A DNA stretch of 64,000 bases from an uncultured Gemmatimonadales bacterium (lineage in GTDB: Bacteria > Gemmatimonadota > Gemmatimonadetes > Gemmatimonadales > Gemmatimonadaceae): NCBI GenBank assembly GCA_963701965.1, contig OY969695.1, forward strand, positions 1,792,001-1,856,000, read 5' to 3'. The first letter of the stretch is position 1. The number at the start of each line of letters is the position of its first letter. A program made the translations under genes and the position numbers. Below are positions 1 to 10,533 of the stretch, piece by piece. The notes below the pieces were generated by a model. That model was not told the DNA's origin and searched no databases. It saw only the letters and a program-made list of their open reading frames with translations.

Positions 1-1076
1 ATCGGCACGACGACACCGCTGTCCGTCAGACCGATGCGCCGCGAGTAAAATAGCAATGCCTTCTGATTGAACCCAAAGTCGAACATCCCACTCGACTCGA
101 GGAAGAAGTCGCGCTTTTCCGGGAAGAACGTGGGGAAGCGTGTCAGGTTGATCACCTGGCTGTCCACTTCGACCTGCGCGAAGTCCGTGTTCACCGTGAG
201 ATCCGCGGTCATGGTCGGTGAGACCGCCAGCTTTGCGTCGGCCCCGACCTTCCCGGCGAGACCCGCACCGCCAATCCGGTGGCCCACGGAGTCGTGCGGC
301 GCCTGGTACGCGTCGGCCAGCACGTACGGTTTGACCTCGATATCACGCGCTCGACTCACGCCGCCCAGTCCGACGAGCTCCCCCTCGGCCGCCAGCTGAT
401 AGATGCCCTCGGTCCGCCGCCACCCGCTCCACAAATCTTCTTCGTTCCGCCGTCGGATGAATCGGCGGATGTTGAACCCGAACGCGGCGCCAGCGCCCGA
501 CTCGAACCGTAGGGTCCGAAACGGGATCCGAAAGATCGCCGTCCACCCCGCGGAGTCGCGGCTCGTGGCGACGTCCCAGATCCCGTTCCAATCTTGGTTG
601 ATGTTATCCTGGTTGGTGATCTGCGCGTCCCACCGCGCGCCGTTGGCGTTCGTCTGAAACAGAAATCCGCCACGTCGGTCGTGGAAGCTGTCGATCAAGA
701 TCATGACGTTGTCGTCAGCCGACAGGTCGGCGTCACGCCGGAGCTGTGTCGCCCGAATCCTGCTCGCCGCGCGATCCCAGGCACGCACTGCCACATACAA
801 CGCGTCCCGATCGTGCAGGACTTTGACGACCGTGCGTTCGCTCCCTTGCGCGCCCTCCACTGGGTCGCGCTGTCGCAGGTCGACGATCGAGTCCGCCCCC
901 ATCCAGACTGACGCGGTGAGCTGCCCGCCCATCGGCACGGCCGTCTCGACGGTCGTCGCGCGCACAATGCGCCGTTGCGAGCGCTCCACCGTCGAGTCCT
1001 GGGCACGCGCTTCCACCGCGATCGGGAGCGCTCCTAGCGCACATACCACTATCAGGGCGACCCGGCTGTCTCCCAT
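1..1076 (-). CDS. DUF5916 / CBM9-like sugar-binding domain outer-membrane protein (3' end runs off window)
   Basis: Manual translation from ATG 1076: signal-peptide-like MGDSRVALIVVCALGALPIAVEARAQ, then NANGARWD, WNGIWD and NTDFAQVEVD..INLTRFPTFFPEKRDFFLE..FYSRRIG motifs. Absent from ORF track because it has no stop in the window. Confidence 0.8.
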   Translation of the reverse strand, partial: MGDSRVALIVVCALGALPIAVEARAQDSTVERSQRRIVRATTVETAVPMGGQLTASVWMGADSIVDLRQRDPVEGAQGSERTVVKVLHDRDALYVAVRAWDRAASRIRATQLRRDADLSADDNVMILIDSFHDRRGGFLFQTNANGARWDAQITNQDNINQDWNGIWDVATSRDSAGWTAIFRIPFRTLRFESGAGAAFGFNIRRFIRRRNEEDLWSGWRRTEGIYQLAAEGELVGLGGVSRARDIEVKPYVLADAYQAPHDSVGHRIGGAGLAGKVGADAKLAVSPTMTADLTVNTDFAQVEVDSQVINLTRFPTFFPEKRDFFLESSGMFDFGFNQKALLFYSRRIGLTDSGVVVP

Positions 1077-1093
1077 CGGACGGCGGCGCGCCG

Positions 1094-2305
1094 TTACTTG
1101 GTCGGCCCGGAGCGAGTGCCGCCAACACGTTGTCCGGGACTGGAGTCCGCCGCGACCCAGACCACGCTGCCCCGCGCCAATTCCTCAGTCGCGGGCACCA
1201 CGAGGGCGTCGCCGTCCTGCAGCTCGCCGATCACCCGCACCGTGTCTTTGGTCGCGTCCGCGCGCTGGATCGGCACCCATTCCGCGGAGTCGCGTCGCAC
1301 CCGTATCACGAACACGCCCTGGGTCGAGGCCGAGACCGCTTTGGTCGGCACATAGAACGCCGGCGCCGCCGGACTCACGTGCAGCGTCACGTCGGCGTAC
1401 ATGCCGGGCTTTAGCATGCCGTCGGCGTTGCGCACGTCGAATTCCAAGGCCTCGGTCCGCGTCTCGGCGTCGAGGCTGTGCGCTCGACGACTGAGCGCCG
1501 CCGAGAATACCCGCCCGGGGAATGCGCGCAGCTGAAACGTCGCCACCGCCGGGCCGGCGCCAGCGGCCAGCACGGCACCCGAGTTCGACTCTGGCAGCGC
1601 CACGACGAGTCGCAGTGTGCGGTCCTCGACGATCGCGAACAGCGGTTGGCTCGCCGCCCCGGTGCCAGGACCGACAAGCGCACCAGAGTCCGCGCCGCGC
1701 TGCGTCACGACTCCGTCGAACGGGGCCGAGATCGTCAGATACCCTTCGAGCGCGCTCGCCGACGTGAGCGTCGACCGCGCTGCGTCCGCCTGCCGTTGGA
1801 CCGAGATGAGCCGCGCGCTGTCCGCGGCTGCCGAGCTGCGCGCCCGTTCGAGTTCGTTCGGTGCAACGACCCCACTCGTCTGTGCCGCTTCTCGCAAACG
1901 CCGATACGTATCGATGTCCCCATCGTATCTGGCCTGTGCCTCGCGAAGCACGGCATCGGCGGCTTCGGCTCCCGCCGTGCCCCCGGTGCGCTGAGCGACG
2001 ATCTCTGGCGCCTCGAGTCGCGCCAGTACTTGACCCTTCCGCACGACGGACCCGCGGTCGGCATAGAGCGCGCGCACGAACCCGGTCACCTTCGGGTAGA
2101 GCCGCACTTCCTGGAATGCCCGCAACTCGCCCGGCAGCGTCACCGCCCGCGCCCGTCGTTCCGACGTCAGATGGATGACATGGACAGGAATCGCGTCGCG
2201 ATGTTCCGCGGCCGCCGCGCTCTTCGGCGCGGGATTCCCGCAGGCGCCGACCAGTGCGATCACAGCCGTTGCAATGACGACCCTCCAGCGATCATGCATG
2301 CGCAT
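1094..2305 (-). CDS. RND efflux periplasmic adaptor (membrane fusion protein)
   Basis: Lipobox-like LVGAC, lipoyl-hairpin motifs GSVVRKGQVLA and ISAPFDGVV, LKPGMYA. Start at ATG 2305 or 2299, overlapping the RND stop. Confidence 0.9.
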   Translation of the reverse strand: MRMHDRWRVVIATAVIALVGACGNPAPKSAAAAEHRDAIPVHVIHLTSERRARAVTLPGELRAFQEVRLYPKVTGFVRALYADRGSVVRKGQVLARLEAPEIVAQRTGGTAGAEAADAVLREAQARYDGDIDTYRRLREAAQTSGVVAPNELERARSSAAADSARLISVQRQADAARSTLTSASALEGYLTISAPFDGVVTQRGADSGALVGPGTGAASQPLFAIVEDRTLRLVVALPESNSGAVLAAGAGPAVATFQLRAFPGRVFSAALSRRAHSLDAETRTEALEFDVRNADGMLKPGMYADVTLHVSPAAPAFYVPTKAVSASTQGVFVIRVRRDSAEWVPIQRADATKDTVRVIGELQDGDALVVPATEELARGSVVWVAADSSPGQRVGGTRSGPTK

Positions 2306-5300
2306 ACACCCCCGCGGGATCGTCGGGATCGAGCGATCGCGATCGCGTGCCGGCGCGGCGCTGGACGATGCCATAGAGAAGCGGAAGCGCGACGAGCGCG
2401 GTAAGGGTTGACGCGAGCAGGCCCCCGATCACGGCGATGCCGAGCGGCGCGGTCTGCGCGCCACCTTCACCCAGGCCGACCGCCATCGGTGCCATCCCCA
2501 CCACCATCGCGCACGTGGTCATGAGGATCGGACGCAACCGCAGCTCGGCCGCATGCAACCCTGACGCGCGGGCATCGCCAAAGAGTGGTCCGGCCGACGT
2601 GCGCGCCGACTCCGCGGCGGTCACCAGCAGGATCGCGTTCGCCGCGGAGACGCCGAGCGCCATGATGAGCCCCATGAACGACTGAATGTTGAGCGTGGTT
2701 CCGGTCAGGACGAGCAGGAGGAGAGCGCCGGCGGCCACCGCCGGCGCCGTCGACAGCACCGTGAGCGCGAGGCGAAACGACTGGAACGTCGCCGCTAATA
2801 GCAGCAGGATGACGAACAGCGCCAGCACCAGCCCGCCGCGGAGCTCGCCGAATATCTGTGCCATGAGATCAATCTGCCCCCGCACCGTGACCTTGGTCCC
2901 GGTCGGAAGCGGTCCGGCCGACGCGATCGCGCGAGCCACCTCGTCGCGCGCCCGGCCCAGGTCGGACCCCTGCACGTTCGCCGTCAGCGTCAGCATTCGC
3001 TGTTGGTTCAACCGATCGTACTCGCCCACGGTCGTCACTTGCGAGAGGGTGGCCAGGTCCCCCACGAAGAGCGACGCATCGCGCACGCCTTCCTTGCCCG
3101 ACGCCGTCACCGTCCGCACCGGGATCCGCTCCACCGTGCCGATACTCGACATCAGCGCTTGCGGCACTTCCACCTGTACCTGGTACGCCGTGCCCGTGGT
3201 CGAGTCCAACCAGTAGTTGGGTTCCGTGAACCGACTGGACGATGTCGACGCCACGAGTGACTGCCCCACGTCCGCCACCGAGACACCCAGCAGTCCTGCC
3301 CGCGCCCGATCGACGGTGACCGCGATCGTGGGGTAGTCCAGTGGCTGCGCGTACGCGACATCCCGGAGATCCGAGATCGGCACGAGCGCTTGACGCAGCT
3401 TCTCGCCGTAGCGCCGACTCTGGCCGAGATCGCGCCCGGTGATGATCACCTCGACTGGGGTCGTAGCCCCCTCGCTCATGACCTGATCCACCAAATCGGC
3501 CGGCTCGAATGACAGGGTGAGATCGGGCATCCGCCGCGCAAACGCAGTGCGCAGCCGCTCGCGCAGTGCCGCCAGCGACACGTGGGCGTTCGGGGCCATC
3601 CGGACGAGCAGCACCGCCTCGTGTGGCCCGCTCGTCCACAGGTACACGGTGTTGATCGGATAGCTCGGCGGCTGGGTCCCCACGAACGCGGACGTGATCG
3701 CGATATTCCGGCGGCCGGCCGTTGCGTCGATCAACGTCAGCGCCGCCCGCACGCGCTCTTCCATGCGCTCGAGCCGGGTGCCCGTAGGCGCGCGGAGCCG
3801 CACCTGAAACTGCCCCGAATCAACCGGCGGGAGGATCGCCGAGCCGATAAACCGCGAGGTGACTGCGACAATGACCGCGGCCGCGACCGCGTACCCGACG
3901 AGCACTGTGCCGCGCCGGTCGGCGAGACGCGCCAGCCGTCCCCGGAACCATTCCTGGCCCTGCGCGAACCGCCGGCCGAACCATCCCGGGGGCGCCGGCT
4001 CGTGACGCAAAAGCCAGTTGGCGAACACCGGCACCACCGTTTGTGATAACAGGTAGGAGGCGATCATCGCGAATCCCACGGACAGGGACAGCGGCAGGAA
4101 CATCGCGCGTGGTGTGCCGGTCATGAACAGCGCCGGCGCAAACACCGCCAGAAGACTCAACAGGATCAGGAGCTTGGGGCGAACGATCTCGCGACAAGCG
4201 TCGTAGACCGCGCGACCCACCGGCTGGCCCGCCTCTTGGTGTCGGTGGATGTTCTCGATCGTTACCGTCGCCTCGTCGACGAGGATGCCGACCGCAAGCG
4301 CGAGCCCGCTCAGCGTCATGACGTTGATCGTCTGGCCCGCCAGCGACAGGCCCACCGCCGCGGCGAGGAGCGCCACCGGAATCGTGAATACGACGATGAG
4401 CGCACTTCGGCGGTCGCCAAGGAACAATAGCACGACGAGACCGGTCAGCACGGCGCCGAGCGCGCCTTCGGTGACGAGGTTCCGCAGGGCGTTGACGACA
4501 TACGCCGACTGATCGAACTCGAACGATACGTGAATGTCGCCCGGCAACGCCGCCTGCATCGATGGCAGTGCGGCCTTGAGCTCGTGCACGACATCCCACG
4601 TCGAGGCGTCGGCCCGTTTCGTGACGGGGATATAGACGGAGCGCTTGCCGTTGATGAGCGCGTAACCGGTTGGCACATCGGTCCCGTTTTCGACCGTGGC
4701 CACGTCGCCCACGTAGACGGCTGCCGTTCCGCCACCTCCGGTAACGCGCAGCGGCAGCTTGGCGAGCTCGCCAATGTCCGAGACGACCGCGTTCGACGTC
4801 GTGAGCATCGTCAGGCTGTCGTCGCGCACGTTGCCCGCCGGGGTGATCGTATTCCCCCGGGCGACGGCCTGGACGACGGCCTCCGGGGTCAGCCCATAGC
4901 TGCGGAGCCGGCTCGGATCGACGCGAACCAGGACCGTGCGCTGATTGCCGCCAAAGGGCGGTGGGGCCGACACACCGGGCAACGCCGCGAACATCGGACG
5001 GACGCGGAACAGCGCCAGATCCTGGATCTCACCCAGCGGCCGCGCTGGGCTCTGGAACACGAGTTGGCCGACCGGCGCGCTCCCGGCGTCGTAGCGGATG
5101 ATGAACGGTGGCACCGTACCAGGCGGCATGAACGCACGCGCGCGGTTGACGTACCCGACGACTTCCGCCATCGCCTGGTCCATGTTCGTGCCATCATGAA
5201 ACTGGAGCTTGATCAGCGTCACGCCCTGAATCGACTTCGACTCGACGAACTTGACGCCGGTCACGTACAGAAAGTGATACTCATAGTACGAGGTGACGTA

Positions 5301-5477
5301 CCCTTCCATCTGCGCCGGTGACAGTCCGCCGTAGGGCTGCGCGACATACACGGTCGGCGTCGCCAGCTTGGGCAGAATGTCGATCGGCAGACGGCGGATG
5401 GACAGCACGCCGAACGCGACAGCCGCAATGACAGCGACGGGCACGGTGATGGGATAGCGAAGCGCAGCCCGGATCAT
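2292..5477 (-). CDS. RND efflux permease (AcrB/CusA superfamily)
   Basis: About 1060 aa from MIRAALRYP; GILVDEATVTIENI and RLRPILMT motifs; ATGA overlap with the TolC gene. Confidence 0.95.
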   Translation of the reverse strand: MIRAALRYPITVPVAVIAAVAFGVLSIRRLPIDILPKLATPTVYVAQPYGGLSPAQMEGYVTSYYEYHFLYVTGVKFVESKSIQGVTLIKLQFHDGTNMDQAMAEVVGYVNRARAFMPPGTVPPFIIRYDAGSAPVGQLVFQSPARPLGEIQDLALFRVRPMFAALPGVSAPPPFGGNQRTVLVRVDPSRLRSYGLTPEAVVQAVARGNTITPAGNVRDDSLTMLTTSNAVVSDIGELAKLPLRVTGGGGTAAVYVGDVATVENGTDVPTGYALINGKRSVYIPVTKRADASTWDVVHELKAALPSMQAALPGDIHVSFEFDQSAYVVNALRNLVTEGALGAVLTGLVVLLFLGDRRSALIVVFTIPVALLAAAVGLSLAGQTINVMTLSGLALAVGILVDEATVTIENIHRHQEAGQPVGRAVYDACREIVRPKLLILLSLLAVFAPALFMTGTPRAMFLPLSLSVGFAMIASYLLSQTVVPVFANWLLRHEPAPPGWFGRRFAQGQEWFRGRLARLADRRGTVLVGYAVAAAVIVAVTSRFIGSAILPPVDSGQFQVRLRAPTGTRLERMEERVRAALTLIDATAGRRNIAITSAFVGTQPPSYPINTVYLWTSGPHEAVLLVRMAPNAHVSLAALRERLRTAFARRMPDLTLSFEPADLVDQVMSEGATTPVEVIITGRDLGQSRRYGEKLRQALVPISDLRDVAYAQPLDYPTIAVTVDRARAGLLGVSVADVGQSLVASTSSSRFTEPNYWLDSTTGTAYQVQVEVPQALMSSIGTVERIPVRTVTASGKEGVRDASLFVGDLATLSQVTTVGEYDRLNQQRMLTLTANVQGSDLGRARDEVARAIASAGPLPTGTKVTVRGQIDLMAQIFGELRGGLVLALFVILLLLAATFQSFRLALTVLSTAPAVAAGALLLLVLTGTTLNIQSFMGLIMALGVSAANAILLVTAAESARTSAGPLFGDARASGLHAAELRLRPILMTTCAMVVGMAPMAVGLGEGGAQTAPLGIAVIGGLLASTLTALVALPLLYGIVQRRAGTRSRSLDPDDPAGVYAHA

Positions 5478-6865
5478 CGGAGGAGCGCCAGAAACGGCGT
5501 GAGGTCGCCGTTCGCGCCGGCGACGGCGAGCCGCGCGCGCCAGGCACCGAGTCGCGCCAGGATCTCGTCGGTGTCCGCGCGGGTGAGCGCGAGTTGCGCC
5601 TGCGCGACGTCGGCCAACGTCGCCAAACCCGCCGCATAGCGGACGTTCATCTGTTGCGCCGCGCCCGCGGCCGCGGCGCGCTGCACCGGCGCTTCGGCGG
5701 CTTGGCTCAGCGCCAGCGTGAAGTCCGCAACGGCCACATCTCGCTGGGCGGCCAGGTGCTGAAGCTCGCCGTCGTATTCGGCGGCCGCGGAACGCTCCTG
5801 GGCCGCCGCCTCGCCGATGCGCGGTCCTGCCGAGACGAGATTCCACACCGGCAGGCCGACCGAGACGCCGACGGCATAGTTGACGCGCGTGAGACTGAGC
5901 CCCGAGAAACTCGGATCGAATCGCCCGTCCGGCGTGGCGCCCGACCCCCGGCCGAACGCGGCGCCCAGGACGCTCAGGGTCGGAAAGAGCGAGCGCGTGA
6001 TCGCCGCCCGACGCGACGCGTCGGTCTCAACGCGGGCCCGGAACGGCGTCGACAGGGGATGCGCCTGGAGGTCGGACGCCTCCGGCAGGATCGAGTCTGG
6101 TAGCTGACCCACGAATGGCGCGCTCTCAAGACCCGCCGCGAGGGTGCGCTGTCCTGGCGCGCCACCGATCGCCTCAGCCAAGAACCGTCGCGCGGCAACC
6201 ACGTCCCGTTCCGCCGCGAGGAGCGTCAGTCTCGCGTGCGAGGCGTCCGCTTCCGCCAACAAACTATCGGCCCCGGCCCGGAGTCCGCTGCGCGCCAACG
6301 CCTCGACGGACCGGACCACGGCGGTCGCCCGATCCAGGTTGCCCTGCTGCACGCGCACCAATGCCTCCGCCGCCAACGCCGTCAGATACGCGCTGCCGAC
6401 GTCGATCTGATGTTGAAACCGCTGTCCGCTTGCGACGCCCGACGCGCGCGTCAACTCGGCGTGTGCCTCGTGCACTTCGGCTTCACGCCGGCCGAACGTG
6501 AACGGGGTCCATGTGACCGCTGCACCGACGGCACTGCCGTAGACCGAGTTGTTGACGTTGTCCGGCCGCACGGCCCCCGTGATCGGCTGGATCACGCTCT
6601 GACTGAAGAAGAGCCCGGTCGTGTTGTTATCGGTCGCGCGCGAGACCTGTCCACCCAGGTCGATCAATGGCAGGTACGTCTCCCTGGTCCGGGTCAGGGC
6701 CGCGGCGGCCGCGCGCGCGTCCTCGTCCCGCGCCCGTAGGGCGGGAAAGTTCGTGTCGGCCAATCGCATCGCCTCGAACAGCGTGAGGACGCTGTCCTGC
6801 GCGCGCGCCACGCTCCCGGCCAACAATGCGACCGCCACGACGCGGTAAATCCAACCGTGCAGCAC
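5474..6865 (-). CDS. TolC-family outer membrane efflux protein
   Basis: Signal peptide, two OEP-like repeats, RYAAGLAT motif; coupled to RND gene. Confidence 0.9.
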   Translation of the reverse strand: MLHGWIYRVVAVALLAGSVARAQDSVLTLFEAMRLADTNFPALRARDEDARAAAAALTRTRETYLPLIDLGGQVSRATDNNTTGLFFSQSVIQPITGAVRPDNVNNSVYGSAVGAAVTWTPFTFGRREAEVHEAHAELTRASGVASGQRFQHQIDVGSAYLTALAAEALVRVQQGNLDRATAVVRSVEALARSGLRAGADSLLAEADASHARLTLLAAERDVVAARRFLAEAIGGAPGQRTLAAGLESAPFVGQLPDSILPEASDLQAHPLSTPFRARVETDASRRAAITRSLFPTLSVLGAAFGRGSGATPDGRFDPSFSGLSLTRVNYAVGVSVGLPVWNLVSAGPRIGEAAAQERSAAAEYDGELQHLAAQRDVAVADFTLALSQAAEAPVQRAAAAGAAQQMNVRYAAGLATLADVAQAQLALTRADTDEILARLGAWRARLAVAGANGDLTPFLALLR

Positions 6866-6877
6866 AGCAACACCTCG

Positions 6878-7963
6878 TCAGCGAGCGCCGGCCGGTGGGT
6901 CGCCCGCCATGATACGGAGCAACGGCTTGCCGTCCACATTTTCGAGCGGGAAGTACACGAGGTGGGTTCGTGGATCTGCAGATACCGTGTGCGCGTGTGG
7001 CATGGACACGTCGCCATCGTGATGCAACGTGACGCCGCCGGCCGTGACGTGCTCCGTGAAGACGGATACAGTCCCGGACTCGGCGGAGACGTAGAGGCGT
7101 CCCCACGCGGGATCGAACGCTAGCACGTCTGGATCCCGTCCGACCGCGAACGTCGCCAGGACCCGCATCGTCGTCAGATCGACGACCCCGAGCTTCGCGT
7201 TCTCTTGCCCAGCCACGAACGCGAGCTTGTGCGCCGGGTCGAGCGCGATGCCATGCGGCTCCTCGATCCCGGCAAGCGTGTACCGCGCCGTGATCGCAGC
7301 CGTTGCCGGATCCAGGGATACCATCTCGTTCGATTCGTGGACGGCGACAAGGATGCGCTTCGCCGTCGGATCGTAGACGGTGTTGCCCGCTGCACCGCCG
7401 AGCGGCACCGACTTGACGAACGCATTCGTCGCCGCATCAATGACGCCGTCCGCCTTCCCGTGTTCATCCGACACGAACACGCGGTTCGCATCGGGCGCAT
7501 AGGCGATGCCGTCGGGATACTCAACGCCTGGGACACGCGCCAGGACGGCCAGCGTCTTCGCATCGACGACGGTCACCTGATGCCGACCCGTGACGGACGC
7601 GTAGACGCGCCCGAGTTGCGGCACCGCCCACACGCCATGCACCCGGTCGAACCCGTCGAGGTTGGCGATGACCTTGCGCGCGGCTATGTCGAACACGACG
7701 AGCTGGTTCGCGTTCATGTGCGCGATGTACAGGCGGTTGCTGCCGGTATCGAGACTTTGGTAGTCGAACCGCACGGCCGGCCCGGGCATCGGGATATCCG
7801 CGACCGTCCGGAGCAGTGCCGGAGCGCGGTCGCCCCCGAACCTGGCGCCGGCGGCGAGAACACCGAGAACGGCGACGGGGACCAGGCCGGCGATCCGTCG
7901 CCATTTCAGCGCGTCATTCAGGGACATGCGTGTCGTTCCTCGATAAGTGAGACCGTTCTGCAC
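6878..7963 (-). CDS. YncE/YVTN beta-propeller protein (ChrK-like)
   Basis: Repeated blades RLYIA/RVYAS/RVFVS/RLYVS and PDGIAY/PHGIAL; RFDY motif; start uncertain. Confidence 0.85.
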   Translation of the reverse strand: MQNGLTYRGTTRMSLNDALKWRRIAGLVPVAVLGVLAAGARFGGDRAPALLRTVADIPMPGPAVRFDYQSLDTGSNRLYIAHMNANQLVVFDIAARKVIANLDGFDRVHGVWAVPQLGRVYASVTGRHQVTVVDAKTLAVLARVPGVEYPDGIAYAPDANRVFVSDEHGKADGVIDAATNAFVKSVPLGGAAGNTVYDPTAKRILVAVHESNEMVSLDPATAAITARYTLAGIEEPHGIALDPAHKLAFVAGQENAKLGVVDLTTMRVLATFAVGRDPDVLAFDPAWGRLYVSAESGTVSVFTEHVTAGGVTLHHDGDVSMPHAHTVSADPRTHLVYFPLENVDGKPLLRIMAGDPPAGAR

Positions 7964-7966
7964 CGG

Positions 7967-8407
7967 TCAGTCATGCGTCGGACGCCGCTTGAGTGCGGCA
8001 TACAGCGCGTCATACAGAAACGCCGCCCGGTCGATTGTCTCCCGATCGTCGTGCGCGACCAACGGGAACCCTTCGGAGATTTGTCGTAGCCCGGCCGACT
8101 CCGGCGTTACACCAATGGCGTCGGCGAAGTCCGCTCCGTGAACAATCCGCGCCATGGCGGCCAGCGCGGGGTCGTGTGGCCGGTACGTTGCGACCATCGC
8201 CTCGAACGAGCACCGCCCGAGCGCATCGCGATGCGGATAGCGCGCGCCGGGCGCATCGAACCCCACAGCGCCCGTCATGCGCTCGATCCCAGCCACATCG
8301 TCGGGTTCCGCGAACAGGAAGTGCGGCCGCGGATCGACGAACCGTTGGATGAACCACGCGGTTGCCGTCCGATTCACGCGCACGGTACGGCGCGTCACCC
8401 ATTGCAT
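7967..8407 (-). CDS. Chromate resistance ChrB C-terminal-domain protein (ChrF-like)
   Basis: MQWVTRRTVRVNRTATAWFIQRFVDP..FD..CSFE..IVHGAD..YDALY; ATG at 8407. Confidence 0.85.
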   Translation of the reverse strand: MQWVTRRTVRVNRTATAWFIQRFVDPRPHFLFAEPDDVAGIERMTGAVGFDAPGARYPHRDALGRCSFEAMVATYRPHDPALAAMARIVHGADFADAIGVTPESAGLRQISEGFPLVAHDDRETIDRAAFLYDALYAALKRRPTHD

Positions 8408-8417
8408 CGGTCCACCT

Positions 8418-9488
8418 TCACCGCGGCCGCCGGCGTCCCGTGGCGTCCACGGCTTTCGTCGGCGCCGCCGAGCGCCGCGCCCGCGGCCGATCGGACGCCG
8501 AGCGAAACGCCACGTAGAGTGCGTGGAACAGCGCCGCGCCGCGATCGAGACGCTCCACGTCGGTTGTACTCGCTGCCGCAACGCCGGCGAGCATCCGCTC
8601 GACCCCCGCCGCTTCGGCGCGAGCGAACTTTTTGTCCTTCACATCAATGTCGTGGACGATCTCGCCGACCGCCCGCAGTGCCGGATCCGCCTCGAGCCCA
8701 AACCGCGCAAGGAGCGTCTCGAACGTGCACCGGTCTCCTTCGTGCGTGAACTCCGCCTCGAACATATCGAACCGCAGCTCGCGGCCGGCCGGCACATACC
8801 CTTCGACCGCGACGAATTTGAACCGGGCGTCCGGATCGATGAACTGTCGGACCAGCCACGCGCTCGCGATCCGATCGACGAAGATCCCCTCGCGCGTCAC
8901 CCACGTCCGCCCGCGCACGTCGTGCGGATCGATCGGCGCACCAGGCAAGGCGCGGGGCGCGGCCGGCCCCTCGTCCTGCGCAGCCGCGGCCCGCAACCGC
9001 ACCTCGAGTAGCCCGATCGCTTCCTGCGCCGTCGCTCGGCTCGGCGCCTGGAAGAAATCGAGCGCCGCCACGTCGCTCATTCGCCGGTGGAGGCGCGCCA
9101 GCTCCGCGCGCGCCTGGGCTCGGCGCTCCGGGTCGACGGGCCTCTTGCCCGCGAGCGCTTTGAGCGCAACGCGAGCGTCCACGGCAATCGCGTCATAGTC
9201 CGCCGACCGTACCACCCGGAAGAGTTCCTGCACATCCGCATCGCTGAGCCCTTCAATGAACGAGGCGCGACACACTGACCCTTCCCCGCCCTCGGCGACG
9301 ATCTCACGCAACACCCACTGGAAGTCCTCGATCGTCGCGTCGCTGGCCGGCAGCACGTAGACCGAGTTCTTGATCGCCACCGCCCCGATCCGTTGGAGGC
9401 GGCGACTGATCTTGACCCGCAGATAGTCGGGCTTCGGTGGGATCTGATGGATGAGCAGCACCCACCGTCCCGGGGGGCTTGCGGTCAT
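8418..9488 (-). CDS. chrB: Chromate resistance regulator ChrB (N- and C-terminal domains)
   Basis: N-terminal WVLLIHQIPPKPDYLRVK..GAVAIKNSVYVLP, DFF; C-terminal WVTR..DRIASAWLVRQFIDP..FTHEGDRCTFE. Confidence 0.9.
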   Translation of the reverse strand: MTASPPGRWVLLIHQIPPKPDYLRVKISRRLQRIGAVAIKNSVYVLPASDATIEDFQWVLREIVAEGGEGSVCRASFIEGLSDADVQELFRVVRSADYDAIAVDARVALKALAGKRPVDPERRAQARAELARLHRRMSDVAALDFFQAPSRATAQEAIGLLEVRLRAAAAQDEGPAAPRALPGAPIDPHDVRGRTWVTREGIFVDRIASAWLVRQFIDPDARFKFVAVEGYVPAGRELRFDMFEAEFTHEGDRCTFETLLARFGLEADPALRAVGEIVHDIDVKDKKFARAEAAGVERMLAGVAAASTTDVERLDRGAALFHALYVAFRSASDRPRARRSAAPTKAVDATGRRRPR

Positions 9489-9505
9489 TCGGCTCCGTGG
9501 TTTCC

Positions 9506-9541
9506 TTGCCTATAGCGCATGAATCGTATTGCCTATAGCAA
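9506..9541. promoter_or_regulatory. Direct repeat TTGCCTATAGC x2 in the divergent chrB/DUF1259 promoter region; candidate operator
   Basis: Identical 11-mers at 9506-9516 and 9529-9539; the second extends to near-palindromic TTGCCTATAGCAA. Confidence 0.5.
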
Positions 9542-9580
9542 CTGTATCATATCGCCCATCGTCAATCAAGGGGAGTAACC

Positions 9581-10486
9581 ATGCACCGACTGGTCGCCGT
9601 AATGGTCCCGGTGATTTTTAGCCTCGCCTTCGCGACGCCCGGGGTGCGCACAACTGCGCCCATCGATTGGACGCAGGTCGATCGCGCCATGGGCAAGACG
9701 GGCGCAATACAACCGGGGGACGTCTACAAGTTCGCGTTCCCGCGCAGCGATCTCGCCGTCACTTTGGGCGGCGTGCCGATCAAGCCCGCGCTCGCTCTCG
9801 GCGGTTGGATCGCCTTCAGGCAGACCGGCGACAACGAGGCGATGGCCATGGGCGACCTCGTACTGCGCGAAGACGAAGTCGCGCCTGTTATTGCGAAGCT
9901 GCGTGAGGGCAATGTCGAACAGACAGCCCTCCACAACCACCTGCTGCGCGAGTCACCGCAGGTCATGTACCTCCACGTCCAAGCCCACGGCAGTCCCACG
10001 ACTATAGCCACTGCCATTCACGCCGCACTCGCGCTAACAAAGACGCCTTTCGCTGCGCCCGCAAGCCCGCCGGCGACGGCGCCGACCGGCGCCCCAACGC
10101 TCGACACCGCGGCCATCGCCGCCGCGCTGGGTCGCACCGGGAAGCTGAACGGCACCGTGTACCAGCTCAGCGTGCCCCGCGCCGAGACGATCCGCGACGA
10201 AGGCATGGACGTCCCACCCGCAATGGGTGTCGCCACCGGGATCAACATCCAGCCGACGGGCGAAGGCAAAGCCGCCACCACAGGCGATTTCGTGCTCATC
10301 GCCTCCGAGGTGAACCCAGTGATCCAGGCGTTGACGCAGAATGGCATCGCCGTGACAGCCGTCCACAGCCACATGCTCACCGAGGAGCCACGGCTCTTCT
10401 TCCTCCATTTCTGGGCGAACGAAGACATTCCGGCGCTCACCCGCGGACTCCGCGCGGCACTCGACAAGACGAACAGCCGTCACTAG
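9581..10486 (+). CDS. DUF1259 (LppY/LpqO-like, ChrL-like) secreted protein with two domains
   Basis: RBS GGGGAG, signal peptide, tandem domains GDLVL..ALHNHLL..YLH and GDFVL..AVHSHML..FLHFW. Confidence 0.9.
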   Translation: MHRLVAVMVPVIFSLAFATPGVRTTAPIDWTQVDRAMGKTGAIQPGDVYKFAFPRSDLAVTLGGVPIKPALALGGWIAFRQTGDNEAMAMGDLVLREDEVAPVIAKLREGNVEQTALHNHLLRESPQVMYLHVQAHGSPTTIATAIHAALALTKTPFAAPASPPATAPTGAPTLDTAAIAAALGRTGKLNGTVYQLSVPRAETIRDEGMDVPPAMGVATGINIQPTGEGKAATTGDFVLIASEVNPVIQALTQNGIAVTAVHSHMLTEEPRLFFLHFWANEDIPALTRGLRAALDKTNSRH

Positions 10487-10533
10487 CCTCTCCCCAATGG
10501 GAGGACGCCATTCAGCATCGCGGTGCTTTGTAG

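Noticed and set aside
5478..5846. N-terminal extension of the 1184-aa RND ORF
   Set aside because: Overlaps TolC; the ATGA-coupled start at 5477 gives a normal RND length.
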